Below, in pieces: positions 52,200 through 64,000 of a DNA stretch of 64,000 bases. The position numbers and the translations under genes were made by a program. The stretch spans positions 16,184,001 through 16,248,000 of the forward strand of contig NC_086118.1 in assembly GCF_963921235.1 (NCBI RefSeq), read 5' to 3'. The notes below the pieces were generated by a model that made no database searches, had not been told where the DNA came from, and saw nothing but the letters and a program-made list of their open reading frames with translations. Each line of letters opens with the position of its first letter. The stretch's first letter is position 1. The stretch comes from Mobula hypostoma (taxonomy: Eukaryota).

Positions 52200-53310
52200 T
52201 TCTCAAAGACCAACGCAAATTTATTATCAAAGTACATATATGTTAGCATATACAACACAGAATCAATGAAAAGACCACACTCAACAAGGCGGACAAACAG
52301 CCAATGTGCAAAAGCTGACAAACTGAAAATACACAAGAAAAAATAATGATCATAATAAATAAGTAAGTAATAAATAGAGAACCCGAGAATGAAGAGCCCC
52401 TGAAAGTGAGTCCATAGGTTGTCAGAACAGTTCAGTGATGGGGCAAGTGAAGTTATCCCCTCTGCTGAACAGGCTGATGATTGTGGGATAAAGACTCTTC
52501 CTGAACCTGGTGGTGTGTGTCCTGAGGCTCCTGAACCTTCTTCATGATGGGTTCAGTGAGAACAGAGCATGGCCTGCATGACAAGGTGATGAATGCCACT
52601 TTCCTACAACAGCGCTCCGCTGTAGATACGTTCATTGGTGGGTAGGGCATTACATGTGATGACCTAGACTGTATCCACTACTTTTTGTAGGATTTTCTGT
52701 TCAAGGACATTGGTGTTTCCATTCCAGGCTGTGATGCAATCAGTTAACATACTGCCCACCACACATCTGTAGAAGATTGTCAATGTTTTAGATGTCACAC
52801 TGGACTCTGACGGTGGTGTCTGAAAAGAGGATGCTGTCCAAGTTGCATGCCATCTTGGACAATGTCTCCCATCCACTACATAATGTACTGGTTGAGCACA
52901 GGAGTACATTCAGCCAGAGACTCACTCCACAGAGATGCAAGACTGAGCGTCATAGGAAGTCATTCTTGCCTGTGGCCATCAAACTTTACAACTGCTCCTT
53001 TGGAGGGTCAGACACCCTGTGCTGATAGGCTGGTCCTGGACTTATTTTCATCTGGCATAATTTACATATCATTATTTAATTATTTATGGTTTTATTTTGC
53101 TATATTTACACTCTATTCTTGGTTGATGCAACTGATTTCCCACGGGATCAATAAAGTAAGACTATGACTAAATCTTCACAAACTTCTAAGGAAATAAAGG
53201 TGCTGTCATGCTTTCTTTGTAACTGCACTTTCGTGCTGGACCCATAACAAGTCCCCTGAAAAGGTAACACCAAGGAATTTAAAGTTGCTGACCTCTGATC
53301 CTCCAATTAT
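52200..53310. mobile_element. Minus-strand Rex1/L2-like LINE fragment with a plus-strand Rex1-like 3' end nested at about 52800-53170
   Basis: ORF 52664..52909 (TLTIFYRCVVGSMLTDCITAW) and ORF 52792..53025 (ILDNVSHPLH...TERHRKSFLPVAIKLYN); AATAAA and gactat repeats end the inner copy. Confidence 0.78.
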
Positions 53311-56300
53311 CTAGTTCAGACAGACAGTTCAAAATGAGAGACAGTTGGATGACCTGCTTTTTTGGCCGTCTGTTCACAGAACTGTCAGGGCATTAAAGGG
53401 TGAACTGAGACTATTAATACAAAACAAAAATGTTTGAAGAGTCAATTTTAAAGCCTTCAAAAAGCTATATTGTCATTTTAAAATAAAATTGCAGCCAATG
53501 AAATAAAATTGTGTTTATGCATAGTAAGTTAACTAATTGTTTAAAGCACTGAGGCAAAAAGAGTATTCAGTCTTTACAGAGAACAAATGCACTGTTACTT
53601 CATCTATCATACCAACATGGGTTTGAATTTTCATTTTATAATCAGTAACAGCTAATTCCCTAAAATTTATTGCAATTATTTTAAGGGCTTATAAAACATT
53701 CAATACATCTTACAATGTCAAAAAACCAGAAATAGTGAAAATGTAAGCAGACTGTAAACTTTGAATTGTCAGGTAATATGATAATTTGTAATTTAATTGC
53801 TTTTTATCATAGAAACAGTCGATAATTTGCTTTAATTTTCTTTTCCTCAGTAACTCTTGCTAACTTGACAAACATCAGAACTAAAAATAAATCATTTTAA
53901 AGCAAACAAATTTTAACTATAATTCAACAGCATCAACCATACATGGTTACTTTAAAATTGCCATTAAGTAAATGAAATATTATACCTTCAAAAAGCTACA
54001 ATTTTCATGATGCTATATAATATGCAGATGTTACCATTAAAAGCATTTCTTTCGGATGCTATGCAGCACACTCTTGGGTATTAAATCAATTCCAACTTTC
54101 ACTTTTCAATTCAAAACACTTGTCTATGTGTAGCACTTGCTTTTCATTTCAACTGCACACACCCTCCCTCAGCCACACAGTTCTCAGCTGGCAGGGATCT
54201 GACATTCAGTGCTAGAAAGCAATTCAGATACCAAGGACATCTTGTTCCCATCTACCTCCATCCTAGCTAAGGATGACAGCCACAGATCAATACCCGAAAC
54301 CACCTCTCTTCTTAAATATAGTTATACAGAGCGTCCTTCATACTGCTCAAGCTAAAATTTTTAACAGACCATACATCAAATCTGCTGCTACTTGCCGGGT
54401 TTGATTTTGTTTGGAAGCAGATGGTGGTTTTACCAATTTAATTCATTGGAATAATTTTAGCACCATTTTTTTATTTGAAAGCAAAGCACGTTAAGCACAA
54501 GTTATTCATAAATATAGCTTAACTGTCAATGTAATAGTTACATACTTTATTTTATAAACAAATTGGCTTTACATTTTTAAAATAAAGAAATATAATAGAG
54601 GACATTTTCTGCACATTTTCCTGTCATTTTACAATGATGGAATGATTCCTGAATATTAACAATAATTGGAATAATAACTATTAAAGTAGTGCAAAATACA
54701 AGTTATTGATTCAAATTAAGTATGACAAATGCATCTCCGAGTATAGATATCATAATTGGGAGAGCTACGTTTCAATTTAAAACACACAAGCTTCCACTCT
54801 GATTTGTAACTTGACGCACTCCGCATCCTTTAAAATGTGCCACCCTTCCAAGGAAAAACATTTCACCTCATGTTTCTTGGCATTACATTCAGCTTCCATG
54901 TATATCTCCCCATTTCATTGCTATTTGCCTTGTCAGAGAGCTTCTGATTTGTTTCATATCTGCTAACAATGAAGCCAGTCCAGGCGCCACAAGAAATTAA
55001 GATGTGAAATATTTAATGAATTAACTGGGCTACAACTTCTGAATCCCAAAATAATGTTACTTTATGATAGCAAGCTTTTACAAGTTCAGGACAAAACTAA
55101 AAAATGTTCTGCAACAAGTACAAATCCTATTAACTAATCTTGTATCACAGATTAACTATACTGGCATATCAATAATAAAAAACTAATAATTTGAAATGCT
55201 AATCATACAAATGACTACACGCTATTCAAAATACGTATGCACTAAGATTTTGGCAAACAGATTCGCAACTGAGCAGACATTTCTCTCATGCCAAATTCAA
55301 ATTAGATTTTTTGGAAAAGCTTAAACAATGATCACTAAACATGAAAATTTCACAAATGAAATACGTAGCCATAGCATTTGTCTCCCAATTTTTCAACTTG
55401 GCTAAATGAACTCAGAGTACCTCCAGCAATTTTTATTTTATTTCCAAAAGTTTAAGGTTTCAGTGTGACTTAACTGAGTGACAGAAGATACAATGCAGTC
55501 AGCAAGAACTACCTTCACCAATCACCATTACATTTAAGTCTTTGAAAACAGTTTCACAGCCACTATTACTGCCAAGTAATAACTTTACACAAAACACAGC
55601 CAATGCCAGAAATCTGAAACTACATACAGAAAAATGCAACAATATTCAGAAAATCAGGCAGTCAGTCACAGAAAGTTAAACGTACCAGGCTTCTATCAGA
55701 TCTGATTACTCTCACAGATTCTTATCGGAAAATATATGATCTAAGCTTAGTGGGTCTTGAAAGGTTCTGTTAAATTGAGCTGATATTTGATTCTATGGGA
55801 TTCAAGATTGACAAGAATCATTCCACATATCCAATTGTCCATAGGTTATACAAATGTGAATATCCCAAAAAATATTTTACACTACTATTTACTGCAGATT
55901 GTAATGCAAATCATGAGAAACTCCATTTGCAAACAGCAGATAGCTGGGATCATAACTGTTAGACAACAAATGAAAATATTTTCCAAAGATTGCTAACTGA
56001 AATGATAATCACAGGGTATGTGCATCTTTGTATCAATTACATTCTTATTCATCTCTTACATTTATTGTTATAAAATATTAATAGTTCATTCCCTGGCAAA
56101 CAAAATAATTGAATTGAAAAAATGATCAGCTGAATTTGTATCTCCTAACTCAAGCCTCTGTCATGACATATCCACAGTACAGACTGCTGACCATCACCTG
56201 ATCAAGCATTACAGAGTGAAAAGGTAACTAACCAATAACAGCAATGGGTCTTGACTGCACTACTACTCTTGACCAAAGGTTAAAAATTGAGAGCTTTAAC

Positions 56301-56615
56301 AGGAAACACTGCTGAAGGTTACACAAAAGGAGATTAAAACAGCCTCAAAGTTAACAAGAACAATTTAAATTCCCAGCATTTACCACAAATGTGTGAAATG
56401 TAAAGTGCTAGAGACACTCACCAATTCAAGCTCCATCCGTGAAGAGAGAAATAAACTTAACACTTAAAGGCAAAAGCTTTCATATGCTCTGATTAAAAAT
56501 GCTCAACTTGTTTCTTTCTTCAGAAATGTAGCCCAACTTCCTGAGTGTCTATGATGTAGAGAACATACAATTTCAATATTGTTGTTGAAAGGTTAAATTA
56601 GAAAACTCCACTCAC

Positions 56616-56721
56616 ATGTGTGGGTTCTGAAAGTGAACGCCTCCTGTTGGATTTAATGTAAGCCTTGCTGTTGTCTTGAAGGCAGGGTTGGCAAAATTCA
56701 ACTTCAACGCTTTGCGTTTAA
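56616..56721 (-). CDS. MAP2K4: MAP2K4 coding exon (exon 2 equivalent, 106 nt): D-domain MAPK docking site
   Basis: The minus strand reads aagcag|TT AAA CGC AAA GCG TTG AAG TTG AAT TTT GCC AAC CCT ... AAC CCA CAC AT|gtgagt = xKRKALKLNFANPAFKTTARLTLNPTGGVHFQNPH. This matches the MKK4 N-terminal KRKALKLNFANP motif. Not in the ORF track. Confidence 0.96.
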
Positions 56722-59700
56722 CTGCTTTTTAAACAAAAAAAAATGACAAAAGGAAACAGAAAGATATGTTAAGTCATACCAACCATTACAGCTTGGAAAT
56801 TAATTGCTCAAAACCTAGTAACTAATGGTAATTGAAAACAAGGAAATATCACAAACAACTTTTTATGAAAAGCTAAAAAAAAATGCATAGGCTTTCTTGC
56901 AGGTTTAAAACAAATAACTGCACTAGGCAGAAAAGGAAAATACACTTGTAATGTACATATCAATGCACCACCTGCTTTACTTTTTACATTTAAATGCTAA
57001 ATGCTCTGCAGAATACAATTGTACGTTTCAGTTCAGGAAATCAAATTCAAATAATTTGCAATACATAAATAATGGAAATGTATCTGTTATTGTTCAAGGA
57101 CACAAGTAAATAGGAAGTACAAAAATTCTACATTAAATTCTATATGAATTCCAAAATTCTTTAGAAGTAAACAGAAATTATCTTTTTATTCAACATTTAA
57201 ACACAAAGTAATTAACTAATTTTAACAAGATCCTCCATGCATTTTGTGAAAGTTTGAGTTTTCAAGATATAATCCTGACTTAGAATGTAAAATAGCTGGT
57301 AATCACAATTCTTCAGTTCTCTTTTTAAACAGCAAAAATGAGCCAGAAGGCAGGTGAGTACTTTTAAGCATACAGTACCAAGCTTCTCACTCAATATGGT
57401 TCAAGAAAAAAAAAATGATCAGCTGAATTTGTATCTCCTAACCCAAGAGAATTCTGGTAAATTTTGGCATCAATCTTCCATAACTTCAAAATGCTTGGTC
57501 AAATAAATCTAAATTAGGAAATCAATCCAAGGACATTCTAATGTAGATGGCTCAGTTTCTCAGGTCATACTCTGTTGTTCTTGCCATTCTCGGTGACAGA
57601 AATTGCAGGTTAGGACTGACAATTGCAGATCGCACATGTACTTAGTGCAGTAGATGAGGTAGCCAATAAAATTTTTGATTTACTCTGGGTATTATCAAAT
57701 TCTTCAGTGATGCTGGAGCTGCTTTCAAAGTGTAGAACAGTTGATTACACTTCATATTTGTGTGCTGCAAATGGTGTAGGCTTTGGGATGTCAGGAAGCT
57801 GATCACTTTTCACAGGATACTAATCTGACTTGCTCTTTAGCCACATTACTGAGGCAAATCTAGCGAGCGACAGGCAGCATTCAACTGTTCAGTTGTTAAT
57901 TTGCAGAGATCAGAGCTACCATTCATTTTCAATGGGAATTCTTATTAGACAAAGGTAAGATTTTTTATTTGTATACATTTTACGTATTAAATGTTATCGT
58001 TTTCCAGGATTGTCGAGGTCCTCAGGACTAACAAACTTCAGATCACTGATAAACAAGGATACCCCAGGATATCAATGGTGGGAACCAGCAAGATTTTATT
58101 TGGTCTGGAAATGAGCCTGGGAAAATTATATTGGCTTCAATGAACTGAAAACCTTTCACCCACAAGCTACACATTAAACTGCACAGGTTGAGATGACCAT
58201 TTAAGGACAATGTTATTTTGCCATTTCAAAAACAAAATGCAGTATAGCTCCAAATAGCAAATGTTTAATTGTCTGCATCTTGACTTCAGCAGCAATTAAC
58301 TGAAAACCTGAATGAAATAACTACTATTACATTATGAGCTACACACCCTTCACTGAAGTCATTGCTGCATGACTACAGCAGTATTTCTATTTTCAATGTT
58401 TCACTTGGGAGCTGAAACTGAACTCCAACTATTTTATTTGGTCTGTGCCTATTTAAACTTTTAAACAAAAAGGAGAACGCCAACAAAATCTGAATGCTTA
58501 CAATAAACAAGTTCACAGTGGCAAGCTGCATGAAAAATAACATTTCCATGACACTTCCTCCAGGTCTTATTTTCCAAACTAACTTTTATAAAGAAGGGAA
58601 AAGAGTTTAGGAAACATATTTTACTCTAAATGCTCTACTTGCTCAATTTCCTTTTTAGTAGGAGAAAAATGCATTCAACATATTTCCATCTGCTGTATCA
58701 GTCATTGTGAAAAATGCAGTCAGCTGGTCTCCCTACAACATCAAGCCCTGATAACAGAAAGCTGCCTATAGAAAGAACTGCATCAGGAAACTGAGGTACT
58801 ACTTCAGACTAATCCTCACCACTCTCCCCCCCACCCCCCAAAAGGTGTCATGGAACCATGCAGAGATCTTCAGAGTAACAAAATTTGGGCAATCCTCAAA
58901 CGAAAGTTAATTTTGAGTAGAAGGCCTACACTATGTGAAAAGATTTTATGATGGTTTAAAAGGCTAACACTGTATTGGTATGCTATTATCTTTCACTTGT
59001 TCCATAATTCAATATAAAAATCATTCTTGGAACTTATCAAAAGGGTATCTGCAAATAAGGTATAATTGCGTCAGTGATCACCAACATACAAACCAATGCT
59101 TCAAATTTTACTTTACTATCAGATGAGATGGTCAAATAAAATGGTTATAAAACTGTTAGAAATAGTGTATGTTTGCCATTTTCTTTTCTAGCAATATACA
59201 ATTTTACCATGGTGGGAAAACTATTCAATTTTTCGCTAAGATCAAAAATAGAAGCTCCACTGAGAAACAGTTTAGTACAAATACAAAAGAAAAGTCAATT
59301 ATCTTATTGCTGTGCTGTAGCATTAAAAAGCAAACAAGCAGTAAATAATTCAAATTAAATTTTGTCAAATATAAAACTGAGACAAAAATCAATTTTTTTT
59401 TTAAAAGATGCATATCAAGAGCACAAAGTACAAATAACTTCTTAAAATGGCACTTGGGACTTTTTGAAAACTGCAGAATTATTCTGACAGAATGCCAGTT
59501 TATCAAGGCTGCGACAGCTCTTAGAGCAATTCAGTCAGTCTGATTCCCTTGTTCTTTTTTCCACAGCCCTATAAATAATTTTGCCAAACTACCTAGCCAG
59601 CTGGTTCTTGAAAGCCCAGATCAACTTCATTTTTACCACCATCATAGACAGATTCCAAAACATCATAGTCTGATTCCAAAAACTTCAGTCTATCATTTTA

Positions 59701-59924
59701 AATACATGTAATTGTCTCAACTTCTTTTAATTTACTCTGAATATAGGATTTTGTACACCTCTATCAAATCGCTTTTCAGCCTTCTTTATTCCAAGAACAA
59801 TTACTTCAGTTTAAACAAACATAAAATCCCTTGAACCCTTCCAGTAAAGTTTTTCTCTACCCTGTCTGGAATCAAATCCTTGTTTAAGTTTGATAATGTG
59901 AATTAGGTACAGATGTTATTCCTC

Positions 59925-60110
59925 TCTGCACATCAGGCAGCAACCTTGCCGTTTCTTAAACATTTGTCCTGTTTTTTTTAAATATAAGGCCGAGTTGCTA
60001 GCTCAGTGCTGAATCCAGCGCGGATGGAAAGCACGCAAGGAGTTGGCCAGATTCGAACCCAGGACCACTCGCCTTGAAGTCCTGTGCAAATGCACTGCAC
60101 CACTGGCCAG
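59925..60110 (-). mobile_element. tRNA-derived SINE (same family as 47331)
   Basis: Reverse complement: gtggtgcagtg ... gggttcgaatc ... tgctttccatccgcgctgg ... gagctagcaactcggcc. Confidence 0.72.
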
Positions 60111-60398
60111 CTAGAATTAGGTGTAGAACCTCTCTTACAATCTACCGTGTTACATTGTCTTTGAGATGTAACATGGAAGCAGGCCCAACAGTACAACAAC
60201 CTACATTTTTTGTCTGAAGCTACTAATAAGAAAATTCTAGATCTCAAATGCATTACTCAAAATTTATGTGCACTTTCATTTAAACCCCTCTGTCCTTATT
60301 CAGCCTTATGTCATCAAGTCTTAAGCATCTGTCCTGACTACCTTTGCCAAATTGCATAAATCCACATTTGCCCATAGTTTTAGTCCACACATAGTCTA

Positions 60399-61155
60399 AG
60401 TAGATTCTGGTGAATTGGATCACATCGGGACCAGTCTGTTTTGGCCGAAGTGGCCGCCCCAGGTAACCACAGTTTTATAGAAATAGTTTTAAAAGATATT
60501 TAAAACACTACCATTTAACTGAATGACAAATTAAGAAATGAAATACAAAAAAATTAGAACATTGCCATTCTATAACAGTACTATAAAGTTGTACTAGTTC
60601 ATAATAATTAGAGGAATTCATACAGTGTACACTGCTGTGTTCATTTGATTGACGGAAAATGATCAATGCAGATACCTAGGGCAGATAATGGATTGTCTTC
60701 GTACAATGTTATCGACCATTGTATCCTCCAAAGCTTCATTTTCATTCTGTCATTAAAGATGATCAATGATCCCTTCAAACTCTTCCTTCTAACTTGAAGT
60801 AGTGAAATTGTTTCACTTTCACTCCCAGCTTGAACGTTTAAAACCACAGTAAGCAACAGTTCTTGCTGCTTATTTCTCAATAATTATCTGTGACAAAAAT
60901 CACAGCTATTTAAACACAAACACACGCAAGTGACACTATTTAAAAATTATTCGCTCTAAGCATGGTGTAGTGTCTTACGGCCACACAAGTGCACGCGATG
61001 ACGCCAGTTCAAAACTGTTCGGCAACAGTCTCCTGTCCCAATTAAGCAGCACCATGCCAAATTAAAGAAAGGGAATCTCAGCTATTTTCTCAATTAAGCC
61101 CCAAATAAGCTGCTGCCCCGACTAAATGATGGTCCAAATTAACCGGAATCCACGG
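60399..61155. mobile_element. Tigger/pogo-like non-autonomous DNA transposon
   Basis: Imperfect TIRs agtagattctggtgaattgg / ccaaattaaccggaatccacgg near TA dinucleotides. Confidence 0.6.
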
Positions 61156-61749
61156 TTATCTTATATCCCCTGTTCATCACCATTTCCAAATTATGTGCCA
61201 TTTTCATATTCTGAACTTCTCCTGTATTCTCATATCCAAGTAGCTCATAAAAAAAACGATAGTTGTAGTCCTGACACAAACCCAGAAGAAACATCACTTG
61301 TCTGAAAAATAACCATGCACCAAGACCCCCTATCGCAGGGGTTCCCAACCCAGGGCCAACAAACATCTCTGTTAATGGTAGGGGTCTATGGCCTATCCTA
61401 ACCCCTTCCATTAAACCAGCGTCTTAATCATACAGCCATTGAGCTGTGGACCTTGACTTTATGAAAATACATTTTACGTGGGACTTTGTTAAAAGCCTTT
61501 TGAAAATTCAGATGTTTACTGCATTCCAAACATTATCACATTAAGATATTGAATCTGTTTAGTCAAATGATTTGCAGATGAACAACAGAGTGATGGCTTT
61601 CCTAATTAAAGCTGAACTATCCACATTAAAAAAAAACAATTTTCGGCATAACTAGCCTCACCAAACATTCCATAAATTTTCACTCCACCCATTATTTCTA
61701 TTATCAGCTGATACTTTGACTGCATTCTCTTTCTTAAAGGGCTCATTAG

Positions 61750-62830
61750 CTCATTCTGGATCCCCCAACTTTAATAGTGGAATTACACTGAGTATGGCAC
61801 CATGGCACCCTGGTTAAAGTGGAGTGAATAGGAATCCGGGGGGGGGGGGGGGAAGAGAAGAAACACTCTTGCTACTTGGAATCATTACTCAGCACAAAGG
61901 AAGATAGTTGCAGTAAATGGAGGTTGATCATCTGATCATCTTAGCACTAGTTTCTCAAAGTTGTATAGAAGGCCCAATCATCTTCAGCTGCCACATCATC
62001 AAAAATCCCTGCTTCGCACTTCCAACAAAGCCAGAAGCAAAGATGTTCGCTGATGACTGCACTTTGTTCAGCACCATTTGAGACTGCTCAGATAACGAAG
62101 TGGTCCGCACCTAATTGCAACAAGACCTGGGCGATATCCACAAATATTCTAGGCAATGACAAAAAAAAAATCCAGTTTTCAACATCTGACATTCAATGAC
62201 AGTACCATTACTGAACCTCCCTTCCAGCCCCCACCCACTATATCCTGGGGTCACCAGTGACTAGAAACTGAACTGGAGCAGCCATGCACAAAATGTGGCT
62301 AGAAGAGCATAATGGAGCAAGGAATTCTGTGGAAAGTAACTCATTTCTTAACTCACCAAAGCCTGTCCACCATCAACAATGCTCACTCAGGTCCGGAGTG
62401 TGATTTAAGTACTCCCCACTAGTCTGGATGAGTGCAACATCAACACTCAAAATGCAACACTGTACAGAACATAGTAACACACTTCATAGCCATCCCATCT
62501 ACAACTATTCATAGACTACCATTGCAGCATACAGCAGTGGTTTATAGCATCTGTAGGATGGCACAGCAACAACTCAGCTAGAAGGATGAGGGCAGCAAAT
62601 GCATGGGAATACCACTGCATGGAAATTACCCTCCAAACCGCAAGCCATCCTGACTTGGAAATACATCACCATTTCTTCACCATCAGGGGGCCAAAGTCCC
62701 AGAACACTTGCCCTAAAAGGACTATGGCATATCCACACCTCAACGCTTGAAGTGGTTAAAGGCAGCACACCATCAACTCCTTAAGGGGACTTAGGAGAGG
62801 GAACTAAGTACTGATTCAGCCTGTGAAGCA
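61750..62830 (+). repeat. Old CR1/L2-type LINE RT remnant
   Basis: atgttcgctgatgactgc (MFADDC) at 62043, ILGVT-like segment at 62240. Boundaries approximate. Confidence 0.65.
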
Positions 62831-64000
62831 GACAACTGTGATATGCATATGAACATTGTGGGTGGGGGAGCCAGGAGCAAGAGTGGGAAGAAAAGAAAGG
62901 GAAGAGAGGAGGGAGTGACAGAGATGTTCCAATGTTAAATGAATATGCAAATTTTTTTGACACTTACACCTAAACAAGAAAAGATTTCATGGCAAAGCAA
63001 AATATATGCAGCAAAACTATCTGGTGTTTAAATGTCATGTCTTCTATTCATATTCTACTTTACTAATAAGGTGCAAATAATAAATGAATTCTAGAAACTA
63101 TTTTTAAAACAGAGGAAGCAGCAAACATCCAACAACAGACTGCAACTTTCCTAGTTCATTGTTGCAGTAAAATTTGAAGTCATAGAAATGCAAATTGAAA
63201 CAAAGGAATAGGCTCCTCATCCTTTCAAACGTGTTCTGCCACTCATACTATCATAGCTAATCCTCCATCTCACTGCCATATTCCTATACTCAAGGTGCTT
63301 TGTCTATTAATCAATTTATCCTTATCAAGGTATTCAGCCTCCATTATCACTCTGTAGTGGAGAATTCCATTACATGTTCATCACTTGCTGAGTGAAATTT
63401 CAGTCCAATGCCTATACTACATCATGAAACCCACCCTTTCTCTCCCACCTCCCCACACCCTCCCAGTCAAAGGACATATTGAGCAACCCACACTAACTGC
63501 TGGAGGAACTCAACATGGCACACAACACCTATGGAGGGAAGTGGTCAGCTTCTGGATAAGACCTTTCAAGTTCTGTAAAATTCTGTAAATTCTCCCCTTT
63601 TTTTTTTCCTTCTGCTTATTCTAAACTTCTGTATACAGAACTAGCTAACTTCCTCTCTTCATATGACAGCCCACAATCTCAGGAATCAGTTTGGTGTATT
63701 CATATTTTATTGAAGTACGTAGACTAAAACTGTAGCTAACACTCCAGATGATGTTTCACCAGAGGCCCAGAGAGAAGCAAGGCACCCTTGTTCATAGACA
63801 CAAAACCTCATCATGAAGTCAATCTGCCCACAGCACTCTACAGAACCTCCATCAGAAGAACTGCAGAGATTTAGGTGCTGGCGTACCACCAACTAAATAG
63901 TATGGGATAGGCAGTAAATGGTACTATTAGCAGGGCCCTTATTCCATGGGAATTAAAACACTCAGAACCAAAAGTTTTACAAGTGATGACTGAAGTGTAC

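Noticed and set aside
31707..56615. Intronic miR-744, hosted by mammalian MAP2K4
   Set aside because: No match to the mature sequence was seen by eye; an Infernal or BLAST search would be needed to exclude it formally.
62955..62990. Minus-strand ttttcttgtttag|GT|gtaagt micro-exon-like motif in intron 1
   Set aside because: A 2-nt exon would shift the frame, and reading on from the acceptor hits a stop after 11 codons with no donor.

Overview
Vertebrate genomic DNA, probably a cartilaginous fish (inferred from the repeat repertoire, not proven). The window holds the middle of a MAP2K4 (MKK4/SEK1) kinase gene on the minus strand. Six coding exons (equivalent to exons 2-7) lie between 56721 and 19344 with canonical GT-AG sites and splice into one open frame from the KRKALKLNF docking site to the SIAKT activation loop. 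Exon 1 and exons 8 onward were not found in the window. The introns are packed with transposons: two different L1-clade elements head to head, a full-length RTE interrupted by one of them, CR1 and Rex1/L2-like LINE fragments, a Penelope-like element with many short derivatives carrying hammerhead-ribozyme-like cores, a Gypsy-type solo LTR, a hAT deletion derivative, mariner and Tigger-like MITEs, and tRNA-derived SINEs. Best leads: (1) a frame-preserving 99-nt candidate cassette exon in intron 2; (2) TSD-flanked 97-191 bp hammerhead-bearing Penelope-derived mini-elements, two of which form a near-perfect inverted pair around exons 3-7; (3) a mariner foldback element next to exon 5; (4) a 38-bp apparent templated insertion near exon 2. 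All calls were made by eye with no database searches.
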